The notes under the pieces were generated by a model that was not told the DNA's origin, did no database searches, and was given only the letters and a program-made list of their open reading frames with translations. Source: Candidatus Nanosyncoccus sp. (lineage in GTDB: Bacteria > Patescibacteriota > Saccharimonadia > Saccharimonadales > Saccharimonadaceae). From it: a stretch of 41,660 nucleotides of DNA. Both the position numbers and the translations under genes were made by a program. The stretch is from positions 1 to 41,660 of the forward strand of contig JAZOUF010000029.1 of NCBI GenBank assembly GCA_045657985.1. The letters run 5' to 3'. Below, in pieces: positions 1-8,472 of this stretch (the first letter of the stretch is position 1; each line of letters opens with the position of its first letter).

Positions 1-399
1 GACCAACCTATTATTATTACGGTTAGCGTCAGTACTATCGCCCACACTAGCAAGCAAATTATAACCATCCGCTATATTACTGCCAGCCGTTACTGTCACT
101 GTATTACTATATGCCGCCGTACCAGGCGCCAAGTCCTCAATTACGAAACCAGTATTAGTATCAAAGCTCACTCTGACCGTCGGTACAAAAGTATATTCTA
201 AGTCTATACTATTATTATAAGTTAAAGCAGAAGCATGATTAAAATAAATATGAGTAATGATGAAGGGTGATAATGATGATAATAATATAGTAAAGACGGG
301 TCCTGCCAGTCTCCTCCCCCAAAATTTTACTATCGTAAACATTTTGGGGGTCCCCCTCCGACTGTCACCCGTCTTTATTCTTTCTATGTTTTTCTTCAT
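1..399 (-). CDS. Secreted/surface protein, N-terminal part (runs off the left edge; absent from the ORF track)
   Basis: Manual translation from ATG at 399 has no stop down to position 1: MKKNIERIK-TGDSRRGTPKMFTIVKFWGRRLAGPV-FTILLSSLSPFIITHIYFNHASA|LTYNNSIDLEYTFVPTVRVSFDTNTGFVIEDLAPGTAAYSNTVTVTAGSN... GAGGT lies just upstream; hydrophobic stretch and A-S-A signal peptidase I motif present. Confidence 0.85.
   Translation of the reverse strand, partial: MKKNIERIKTGDSRRGTPKMFTIVKFWGRRLAGPVFTILLSSLSPFIITHIYFNHASALTYNNSIDLEYTFVPTVRVSFDTNTGFVIEDLAPGTAAYSNTVTVTAGSNIADGYNLLASVGDSTDANRNNNRLV
295..373 (-). repeat. Intragenic hairpin element, copy 1 (in signal peptide of surface protein)
   Basis: Minus strand: GACGGGT GA CAGTC GGAGGGGA CCCCCAAAAT G TTTAC GATA GTAAA ATTTTGGGGG AGGA GACTG GCAGG ACCCGTC. 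Same termini and loop layout as the queA and tgt copies. Confidence 0.85.
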
Positions 400-616
400 G
401 CTACCTCACTTTAACGCTTTTCCACTTTTTATCATAAGTCCCATGCGGTGCCATTAAAAAGCGTATATAAAAATGGCACCGCAAGGGTGCAATAACCTAA
501 TCATAAACCAAAGCTGATTCACAACTCGGACCTTACGGTGCCAATTTTATTGTGAATCGCCTCAGCATCTTAATACAAAAACGCTCTGGTTTAAATAATT
601 AAGTTATTGCACTTTC
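400..616 (-). promoter_or_regulatory. Long structured 5' leader with mutually exclusive helices (candidate attenuator or riboswitch-like RNA)
   Basis: Rod spanning 612-487 (GTGCAATAAC/GTTATTGCAC, TAAACCA/TGGTTTA, GATTCACAA/TTGTGAATC), then hairpin TGCGGTGCCATT...AATGGCACCGCA. Competing pairing TGGCACCGTAAGG/CCTTGCGGTGCCA. Confidence 0.55.
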
Positions 617-625
617 ATTATAACA
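617..625 (-). promoter_or_regulatory. Extended -10 promoter for the leader and surface protein
   Basis: TGtTATAAT on the minus strand, a few nt before the first arm of the long hairpin. Confidence 0.6.
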
Positions 626-682
626 CATATTTCATAATAAATACAAAAATATAAGAATAATACTAAGTCATTCGCCAATCAT

Positions 683-1330
683 CTACCACTCAATTTCTTC
701 CATCCCATTTTCGTGCAGGAACTTATTGCACTTTGAAAATGGCCTACTTCCGAAAAAACCACCATACGCCGACAGCGGCGACGGATGTGCCGATTCTAGC
801 ACAAGATGTCGCGAAGTATCAATTAACGATTTTTTATTTCTCGCATCTCTCCCCCATAAAATAAACACTAGATGCGGCCGCACTTTATTCAAATACGAAA
901 TAGTTGCAGTAGTAAAAGTCTCCCAACCCTTCCCTCGATGCGAGCCAGCTTTATGCGCCTCCACAGTCAGCACTGTATTTAGAAGTAGTACCCCTTGTTT
1001 CTGCCAGTTTGCCAAACTTCCCCGCGGATTTACATGATGCCCAACGTCATCATCAATTTCCTTATAGATATTTAGAAGTGACGGTGGAATCGGCTGTGAA
1101 TTCGGCACCGAAAACGCCAGACCTTCAGCAGCCCCTGGCGTATGATATGGGTCCTGTCCCAGTATCACCACTTTCACATCATTCAGATTAGTTGTAAATG
1201 CCCGAAATACTAGCCCTTTTGCTGGATAAATCGTCTTATGCTCATATTCTTCATGTAGGAATGCCGCCAGCTCCTTAAAATACGGTTTTTCAAATTCCTC
1301 GTTCAGAAACTCTTTCCAACTTTCATCCAT
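683..1330 (-). CDS. ung: Uracil-DNA glycosylase family 1
   Basis: GQDPYH, GLAFS, VLLLN and HPSPLS motifs. Start moved to ATG 1330 (MDESWKEF) because the longer ORF overlaps tdk. Confidence 0.97.
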   Translation of the reverse strand: MDESWKEFLNEEFEKPYFKELAAFLHEEYEHKTIYPAKGLVFRAFTTNLNDVKVVILGQDPYHTPGAAEGLAFSVPNSQPIPPSLLNIYKEIDDDVGHHVNPRGSLANWQKQGVLLLNTVLTVEAHKAGSHRGKGWETFTTATISYLNKVRPHLVFILWGRDARNKKSLIDTSRHLVLESAHPSPLSAYGGFFGSRPFSKCNKFLHENGMEEIEW

Positions 1331-1348
1331 GCTATAATTATAACATGG
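1327..1348. promoter_or_regulatory. Palindromic bidirectional extended -10 promoter for ung and tdk
   Basis: CCATGCTATAATTATAACATGG gives TGnTATAAT-N6-ATG on both strands. Confidence 0.75.
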
Positions 1349-1932
1349 CAAAACTATATTTCAGGTACGGAGCAATGGGGTGTGGCAAGACTATGCAACT
1401 TTTGCAAGTTGCTTTTAATTACGAAGAGCGCGGTCATCAAGTCTGCGTGATTAAACCAAAAACCGACACTAAAAATGGCACAAAATTATTAACTCGTATC
1501 GGTCCGGAACGTGAAACGGATTTCTGCTTTGACCGTGCGACCGATTTGTTTAAGCGCATCAGCGAAGAATATGCTGGCGTACAGTGCGTACTTGTGGACG
1601 AATCTCAATTCCTCACTAAAGCACAAGTTGACCAGCTCATGCTTGTTACTATTGAGTTAGACATTCCCGTAATGTGCTACGGCCTACGTCTTAATTTTCG
1701 CCGCGAAGATGGCGGTTTTGAGGGTGCTACTCGTCTCCTTCAAATCGCCCACGACATTGAAGAAATCAAGACTATCTGCGAATGCGGCAAGAAGGCCACC
1801 TATAACGCACGCTTCCTAGACGGCAAATTTGTCTGCGACGGCCCCGATGTTCTTATCGATGGCACCACCGAAATCGAATACCGCGCCATCTGCCCCGCCT
1901 GCTACGAAAAGTATCTAGAAGGAGAAAACTAA
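1345..1932 (+). CDS. tdk: Thymidine kinase
   Basis: GAMGCGKT P-loop, VDESQF, and Zn site CECG...CPAC. Confidence 0.96.
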   Translation: MAKLYFRYGAMGCGKTMQLLQVAFNYEERGHQVCVIKPKTDTKNGTKLLTRIGPERETDFCFDRATDLFKRISEEYAGVQCVLVDESQFLTKAQVDQLMLVTIELDIPVMCYGLRLNFRREDGGFEGATRLLQIAHDIEEIKTICECGKKATYNARFLDGKFVCDGPDVLIDGTTEIEYRAICPACYEKYLEGEN

Positions 1933-2540
1933 TGTATATCGTCATCGAAGGTCAGGATGGTACTGGCAAATCCACCCAGGTCGAGCTACTGGAAAAACAT
2001 TTTGAATCGCAAGGCAAAAAGGTTGCTACACTTGATGAGCCAGATGGCGATTTGCCACAAGCTCATGATTTACATGACATGATTCTGACTCGCGGTTACA
2101 ATTTGGAACCTTTCACTAACGTCTTGCTATTCACTGCAGCAAGATTAGAGCTCTGGAAAAAAATCGCTGAGCCAATTTTGAAAGATGGCGGAATTGTGAT
2201 TTCCGCTCGTAATTACTGGTCTACATTGGCCTACCAAGGCTACGGCGAAGGTGTTTCTCGTAGCAAAATCATCAGAATTACCAAAGAATTATTGCCGGAT
2301 AAATACGTCCATCCAGATTTTGGTTTCATTCTTACTGTTCCCGATAAAGTGCGTCTAGAACGCCAGCAAAACCGCGGCAAAGCCACCGAAACTTTTGAAG
2401 CTAAACCAAATACATTTCAACAAAAAGTTAACGCCGCCTATCCACACATAGCTAAAGATTTCGGACTTACGCTCATCGACGCTTCCGGCACCATTGATGA
2501 AGTCTTCGAGAAGATAATAAACTCTTTGCGATTGTCATAA
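1932..2540 (+). CDS. tmk: Thymidylate kinase
   Basis: IVIEGQDGTGKST, LLFTAAR, STLAYQG. TAATG overlap with tdk. Confidence 0.93.
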   Translation: MYIVIEGQDGTGKSTQVELLEKHFESQGKKVATLDEPDGDLPQAHDLHDMILTRGYNLEPFTNVLLFTAARLELWKKIAEPILKDGGIVISARNYWSTLAYQGYGEGVSRSKIIRITKELLPDKYVHPDFGFILTVPDKVRLERQQNRGKATETFEAKPNTFQQKVNAAYPHIAKDFGLTLIDASGTIDEVFEKIINSLRLS

Positions 2541-2564
2541 GACGGCTAGAGTTTATCATCTTGA

Positions 2565-4364
2565 CTATGTTTCGGCAAACTGCGAATTATAAAGTTCCGC
2601 ATAGAACCCGCCAGCCTTGAGCAAAGACTCATGATTCCCTTGCTCTACTATTGCTCCATCACGCATTACAAGAATCAAATCGGAGTTGCGAATCGTTGAC
2701 AGCCTATGTGCAATTACGAATGAAGTTCTCCCAGAGGTCAGCCGTTCAAAAGAATCCTGAATCAAATGTTCAGTACGGGTGTCCACGTTGGAAGTTGCTT
2801 CATCCAAAATCATCATCGGCGGATTCGCTACCATCGCCCTAGCAATCGTAATCAGCTGCTTTTCTCCAGCCGAGATATTGTCCGAATCTTCCGAGATCTC
2901 TGTTTTGTAACCATTAGGCAACGCCTCAATGATATGATCTACATTGGACGCTTTTGCCGCTTTTCTAATATCGTCAAGCGATGCCGATTGATTACCATAA
3001 CGCAAATTTTCTTCAACCGTACCAGAAAACAGCCAAGTGTCTTGCAAAACCATCCCGAACTGCTTCCTTACATCCGCCCGCTTCATTTCGCGCGTTGGCA
3101 CGCCATCAATCGTAATGTAGCCACTCGATGGATCATAAAACCGCATTAGAAGATTAATAATTGTGGTTTTACCAGCACCAGTTGGGCCTACAATTGCCAC
3201 TTTCATACCTGGCTCCACTTTCACCGAGAAATCTCGGATGATTGTTTGGTCAGGCAAGTATCCGAAGTTAACGTCATGAAACTCTACTTCTCCGTGCACT
3301 TTTTCTATCTCGCGCGCCGGCTCGATGTCTGGCTCTTCTTCTGGCTCGTTTAGAAATTCAAACACCCGCTCGCTCGCCGCAAGTAGTGACTGCAAAGTGG
3401 AAGTAGTTGAAGCAATTTCCGTAATCGGTCGAATAAACCGTGATACATATTGGATAAACGCTTGAATATTGCCAATCGTTATTTGACCATTTACTACAAA
3501 CACCCCACCCAGTACACACACCGCTACATAAGCTAGATTGGTAAAAATATGCGTTACCGGAAAAGACAAAGAAGAATACACTTGTGCTTTACGCGATACT
3601 GTGGCGAGTTTTTCGTTAATTTCCGAGAACTCCGCCAGCGCATTATCTTCATAAGAGTTAGATTTAATGACGATTTCGCCAGAATAATCCTCCTCGATCT
3701 CGCTATTTAGTACACCAAGCGTAGCCTGTTGTTCGCGGAAATATTTCTGCGCATATTTCATAATCTTGCCCACGACGATTACGGAAATCGGCACCACTAC
3801 GAATGTGATTAAAGACAAAGGTACGCTAATCACCATCATAATAATCATCACGCCAACCAAAGTCGTCACGGACAACGAAATGTCGGCGATTTCCTGCGAC
3901 ATCGACGTGGTTAATACGTCCACATCATTGGACATTCTAGACAAAGTATCACCATATTGATGTTTATCAAAATATGCAATCGGCAGACGTGAAATTTTGT
4001 CCAAAATCCTTTCACGCATTTCTTTTGTGTACCTCGCCGATACTATCGCCAGTATATATGCCTGCGCATAATTCAAAACCGCAGATGATAGAAAAAGCGT
4101 AATCACGAGTATTGCTTTTTGTCCTAATGCCGCCCAATCTAAATCATTGCATATTCCTTCCGCGGCATTTGTTATATCACGACAACTCTCCACGGCAATA
4201 TTCGTCATATCGCCCAGAATTTTCGGAATAAATAATCCCAAAACTGCCGAACCAACCGTTAAGATGATTGATATTAGAATAAAAACTTTATGACGACCTA
4301 GCGATTTTACAAAAACCTTGAATGATCTCCACATGCTTTGCGAATTGTTCTTTTTTGTTTTCAT
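2565..4364 (-). CDS. Heterodimeric ABC exporter subunit (TMD+NBD; canonical Walker B and H-switch)
   Basis: GPTGAGKT, degenerate signature ISAGEKQ, MILDEATS, IAHRLST. Confidence 0.93.
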   Translation of the reverse strand: MKTKKNNSQSMWRSFKVFVKSLGRHKVFILISIILTVGSAVLGLFIPKILGDMTNIAVESCRDITNAAEGICNDLDWAALGQKAILVITLFLSSAVLNYAQAYILAIVSARYTKEMRERILDKISRLPIAYFDKHQYGDTLSRMSNDVDVLTTSMSQEIADISLSVTTLVGVMIIMMVISVPLSLITFVVVPISVIVVGKIMKYAQKYFREQQATLGVLNSEIEEDYSGEIVIKSNSYEDNALAEFSEINEKLATVSRKAQVYSSLSFPVTHIFTNLAYVAVCVLGGVFVVNGQITIGNIQAFIQYVSRFIRPITEIASTTSTLQSLLAASERVFEFLNEPEEEPDIEPAREIEKVHGEVEFHDVNFGYLPDQTIIRDFSVKVEPGMKVAIVGPTGAGKTTIINLLMRFYDPSSGYITIDGVPTREMKRADVRKQFGMVLQDTWLFSGTVEENLRYGNQSASLDDIRKAAKASNVDHIIEALPNGYKTEISEDSDNISAGEKQLITIARAMVANPPMMILDEATSNVDTRTEHLIQDSFERLTSGRTSFVIAHRLSTIRNSDLILVMRDGAIVEQGNHESLLKAGGFYAELYNSQFAET

Positions 4365-6115
4365 ACTTTTTCCGCCTTCCTTAGTTCCGCCTTGTATTCT
4401 TTGTCAGATAACTGCGATTTTACAATTTCCTGATAAACATCACATTTTTTTAGCAATTCTAGATGCTTTCCCTTTCCAACCACATGACCATTGTTAAGCA
4501 CTACGATTTGATCAGCATCTTTAATGGTACTGATGCGCTGCGCCACAATCAGCACTACAGCTTCAGTCGTTACTTCTTTTAGTGCTGCGCGAAGTCGGCT
4601 ATCGGTCTTCATGTCGAGTGCTGAAAACGAATCATCAAACACAAAAATATCTGGATTTTTGCAGACTGCACGCGCAATAGATAAACGTTGTTTTTGTCCA
4701 CCAGACACATTCGTGCCACCTTGCGCAATATGCGAATTATACTTTTCTGGCAATTTTTCAATAAAGTTTTTCGCTTGCGCAATTTCTGCTGCTTTATGTA
4801 CTTGCTCATCGGTCGCATTTGGCGCTCCGAATTTAATATTGGACTTTACAGTGCCCGCAAACAACATCCCGCGTTGTGGTACAAAGCCAATCCTCCCCAT
4901 CAAGTCTTTTTTCTCATAATCTTTTACGGAGATACCATTGATTAAAACTTTTCCGCTAGTTGCTTCGTAAAATCTCGGTACTAAATTTACTAGTGTAGAC
5001 TTTCCGGAACCAGTTGAGCCAATGAAGGCAGTCGTCTGACCAGCTACGGCCTTAAAAGAAATATCATCAAGCACTTTTTCGCTGGCGCCAGGATATTTAA
5101 AATCAACTTTCTGAAACTCTACAGACGGCAACTTTTCCGGCACACCATTGGTAGTCTTGCGCCAACGGATTTTGGAGGCTTTCGCGAGCACGTCATTGAT
5201 TCTATGCGCTGATACGTTTGCCCTCGGAAGCATCACAAATAACATGGACATCATAAGAAAAGACATCATCACATGCGTCACATACTGTGCAAACGCCGTC
5301 ATATTGCCTAGATAGGCGAAATCTTTAGATAAAAGTGAAATCCCAACCCACGAGCAAAGGAGCGTCGTCCCATTAAAAATGATATTGATGAGTGGATTCT
5401 GCAGCTCCAAGATTTTATCTATAAAAATCAACAGTTTGGTAAGTACATCATTCGTTTTCACGAATTTCTTTTTTTCTAGCGATTCATTATTAAATGCTCG
5501 GACCACACGAAGTCCTGTTAAGTTTTCTCGCGTCAATAATGTCACTTTATCTACCAAATTCTGGAAAATCTTAAACTTCGGCATCACAAGTGACATCACG
5601 AGCACCACCGAACCTAGAATCGCTGCCGCCCCCACCCAGATAATCCAACCCATATCTGGCGCAGTCTGAATTGCTAAGATTATTGAAATAATGCAGAAGA
5701 GTGGTGCTCTCAGCATCATCGCGAGCATCATAATCACTACATTTTGCACCTGAGTCACGTCATTCGTTGTGCGCGTAATGAGTGACGCCGTACTAAAATC
5801 CCTAGAGTCTAGCACGTCAAAATTTAAAATCTTCACAAAAAGCGCCGCTCTTATATCGCGCGCAAACTTCGTACCGACTCTTGCTGAAAAAATGCTCGAC
5901 ACTAGCGACGCAACTGCAGACAAAAGTGCCATCCCAATCATTTCCAGTCCTATCATCCAGATGCGATGAATATCGCCAGGCACAATACCATTATTGATGA
6001 TGTCGGCCATAAGCGCTGGCAACATTAACGTTGTCGCAACTTGTACGGTCGTGGAAAAAGTGAGTATTACAACCTGCCACCAATATGGCTTCAAGAATTT
6101 AAACAATTTAAACAT
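4361..6115 (-). CDS. Heterodimeric ABC exporter subunit (TMD+NBD; degenerate catalytic site)
   Basis: GSTGSGKS, VSGGQKQ, Walker B FVFDD (E to D), VAQR (H to Q). ATGA overlap with its partner. Confidence 0.93.
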   Translation of the reverse strand: MFKLFKFLKPYWWQVVILTFSTTVQVATTLMLPALMADIINNGIVPGDIHRIWMIGLEMIGMALLSAVASLVSSIFSARVGTKFARDIRAALFVKILNFDVLDSRDFSTASLITRTTNDVTQVQNVVIMMLAMMLRAPLFCIISIILAIQTAPDMGWIIWVGAAAILGSVVLVMSLVMPKFKIFQNLVDKVTLLTRENLTGLRVVRAFNNESLEKKKFVKTNDVLTKLLIFIDKILELQNPLINIIFNGTTLLCSWVGISLLSKDFAYLGNMTAFAQYVTHVMMSFLMMSMLFVMLPRANVSAHRINDVLAKASKIRWRKTTNGVPEKLPSVEFQKVDFKYPGASEKVLDDISFKAVAGQTTAFIGSTGSGKSTLVNLVPRFYEATSGKVLINGISVKDYEKKDLMGRIGFVPQRGMLFAGTVKSNIKFGAPNATDEQVHKAAEIAQAKNFIEKLPEKYNSHIAQGGTNVSGGQKQRLSIARAVCKNPDIFVFDDSFSALDMKTDSRLRAALKEVTTEAVVLIVAQRISTIKDADQIVVLNNGHVVGKGKHLELLKKCDVYQEIVKSQLSDKEYKAELRKAEKV

Positions 6116-6132
6116 ATGCTCTCACAATTATA

Positions 6133-7230
6133 CTACACTTTCTTTGTATCGCGCCTTTTCTCTAACTGCATAAAAAAGTAGATAATCGGCCCGATTATAA
6201 TATAAATGTAGTATGAGAAAAATCTCCAGAATAGCATCGCCCAGAATACATACCCAGTAGAAAGCGCTGAAAAGACTAAGAAGAAAGTTCCTTCTGCCGC
6301 CCCGGTATTACCTGGAGTCGGAACGAAGTATACGGCGCTCGTTACTGCCACTGACAATGCAAAACATTCTATAAATCTGACATCACCGCCGAATGCTGTC
6401 AACACGAAGAAAGGGATCATCATGATTAGCGCGTTGTAGGCCACGGACATGATAATTACTCTGAAAAAAAGTCCTTTCTCTTTCAAAATTACTTTTACCG
6501 ACTTGGCGTAACCACTCACCTCATCTTCGATTTTGTCTAAAGCCTTATCACGTTTTTTTACCACGTGTAGTTTAGCAAGGACCTTTACTAGCCATTTCAA
6601 GAATTTTGTTGTCGCTTTTGGGAAGAAACTTACCCCCGCCACCATAATCGGCCAAAATGCAAAAAACAATAGACCAATCCAAGCTGTCACCATGAGCGCA
6701 GGTTTCGTATACATAATCCCGCTAAACAGAAAACACGATATGGCGATAATCAAAAATCCAATTTGATTTGCAATCATCCCGACAAGTGGTATAGACGTAG
6801 ATGCACCATGGCTCAGCCCACTATTCTTGCGCATATAGTAAATCTGGAATGGTTGCCCACCAATCGCTGCCGGCGTCACACTATCGTAATATTTACCAAG
6901 CAACACCGTTCGCCGTGCAACTTTCCAAACATCCGTTAACTTTGCCTTTTTCTCATCTTTCCCACGCATTTTCCGAATCATCAGTACGTAGCGATTGATG
7001 TCCAATGTGATCGCCACCACAAAACAAATCACCGCCGGAATCAGTAACCACCAGTTGAGCTTGACTTCGGATAATTTCGCCGCTTCAGTAGAATTGCCAA
7101 ACTCACTGCTTGCAGTCACCGCAATGACGATTGCGTTTAGCAAAATAAACACTACAAAAGCAAGAGTCTTTTTCCATGACCGCTTTTTCTTAATCGGTAA
7201 AAAATCTTGTTTTTTATCCTTATCTTCCAT
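6133..7230 (-). CDS. Lysylphosphatidylglycerol-synthase TM / flippase-like domain protein (UPF0104)
   Basis: Multiple TMs; VTPAAIGGQP, PTPGNTGAAE and LFWRFFSYY motifs. Confidence 0.8.
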   Translation of the reverse strand: MEDKDKKQDFLPIKKKRSWKKTLAFVVFILLNAIVIAVTASSEFGNSTEAAKLSEVKLNWWLLIPAVICFVVAITLDINRYVLMIRKMRGKDEKKAKLTDVWKVARRTVLLGKYYDSVTPAAIGGQPFQIYYMRKNSGLSHGASTSIPLVGMIANQIGFLIIAISCFLFSGIMYTKPALMVTAWIGLLFFAFWPIMVAGVSFFPKATTKFLKWLVKVLAKLHVVKKRDKALDKIEDEVSGYAKSVKVILKEKGLFFRVIIMSVAYNALIMMIPFFVLTAFGGDVRFIECFALSVAVTSAVYFVPTPGNTGAAEGTFFLVFSALSTGYVFWAMLFWRFFSYYIYIIIGPIIYFFMQLEKRRDTKKV

Positions 7231-7241
7231 TCGTATTTATC

Positions 7242-8351
7242 CTACGCTCTACGTGCCGCTTTAATATTTGGGTATTCATCCATCAAAACTCGGATACAAC
7301 CAGCAATTGGCACTGACACAATGGCGCCAAGCAGTCCGAACATATACATTCCAATTACGATTGCGATGAGGATCATAATGGCTGGTAAGTTCAGGGCATT
7401 ACCTTGAATCTTCGGTGCAATCATATTATTTTCAATTTGCGCATACACTATATATACAACTGCAAAAATAATTGCCGCCAGTGGACTATTGAATAGTAAT
7501 AATAGTGTCACCAAAGTTCCACCGATAATCTGCCCAAACATCGGAATTAGATAAAATAGCATCGTAATCATACCCATCGGAATCGCAATGCTAGACGGCA
7601 CATCGGTGAATAGCGAAAGTAAGAATACGATTAGTCCGCTCGCGCAACCATCAAGCATGGCAACGATCACTTGCCGTGATACGTAGGTCGAAATCACATT
7701 TGCCATTCTTGAAACTACACGTTTTGCGACATTAATTGGCTTTTTGTTTTCTTCACCAGTACTAATGCTCTTCCAGAACGTATTTGCTAGCATCGGCCCT
7801 TCTAATAGGAAAAGTAATGTTAGTACGAGTACTAATACTAATTTCATAATTACATCCGCTACACCACCAACACTAGATACCAAATTATTGCCAAGCAACC
7901 CCAACAAATTATCCGAAAGAGATTTAAGCGCGTTGGATATTTCCGCATGGAGATTATCAATACCAAGCATGTGACCAAAATTATTTACGCCGTCCCAACC
8001 GCCAAATTTCGTTTCAAATGTTTCAGGAAAGTTTTGTACGAATTTTGCAGTTTCCGTTACTACGACCGGTCCAATAATTGCTAAGATTGCCCCAATCACG
8101 ATTACTACAATCATGTAAGCTAAAATCGCTGACGCTGTCTGGTGCTTCTTATCTCCACCAAAGTGCCTCGTGAAAAAATCATTTACTTTGCGTACTAATG
8201 GTTTTAGTGCGAGCGCCAAGAAAAGCGAAACCCCGACGACTACCAATCCAGTTGTGGCTTTTGAAAGAACAAAAATCGCAATTGCTATCACTACCGGAAT
8301 CAACCAAAATTTGATAAAAGTCTTGGTGTCTGTTTCAATGGTTTTCGACAT
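7242..8351 (-). CDS. AI-2E family transporter
   Basis: Hydrophobic profile; IPMFG, QIENNMIAPKIQG, GLLGAIVSVP. AGGAGG RBS. Confidence 0.85.
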   Translation of the reverse strand: MSKTIETDTKTFIKFWLIPVVIAIAIFVLSKATTGLVVVGVSLFLALALKPLVRKVNDFFTRHFGGDKKHQTASAILAYMIVVIVIGAILAIIGPVVVTETAKFVQNFPETFETKFGGWDGVNNFGHMLGIDNLHAEISNALKSLSDNLLGLLGNNLVSSVGGVADVIMKLVLVLVLTLLFLLEGPMLANTFWKSISTGEENKKPINVAKRVVSRMANVISTYVSRQVIVAMLDGCASGLIVFLLSLFTDVPSSIAIPMGMITMLFYLIPMFGQIIGGTLVTLLLLFNSPLAAIIFAVVYIVYAQIENNMIAPKIQGNALNLPAIMILIAIVIGMYMFGLLGAIVSVPIAGCIRVLMDEYPNIKAARRA

Positions 8352-8472
8352 AAACCTCCTTATACAAGTATTGTAGCATAAATAAACGCAAATATGTTAA
8401 TGATTTTTAGTACTTTCCCAAGCCAAGCCATATTCATACATAGCGTATATCCATAAAATATGTTATAATTAA

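Noticed and set aside
257-457. 66 aa plus-strand ORF
   Set aside because: Antisense shadow of the real minus-strand CDS (1-399), which has an RBS, a signal peptide and a promoter.
469-548. 18 bp inverted repeats as an invertible promoter switch
   Set aside because: The promoter lies outside the repeats, no recombinase is nearby, and the mismatches fit RNA pairing better.
2565-6115. Degenerate ATPase motifs in the ABC pair
   Set aside because: Normal asymmetry of heterodimeric exporters, not pseudogenisation.
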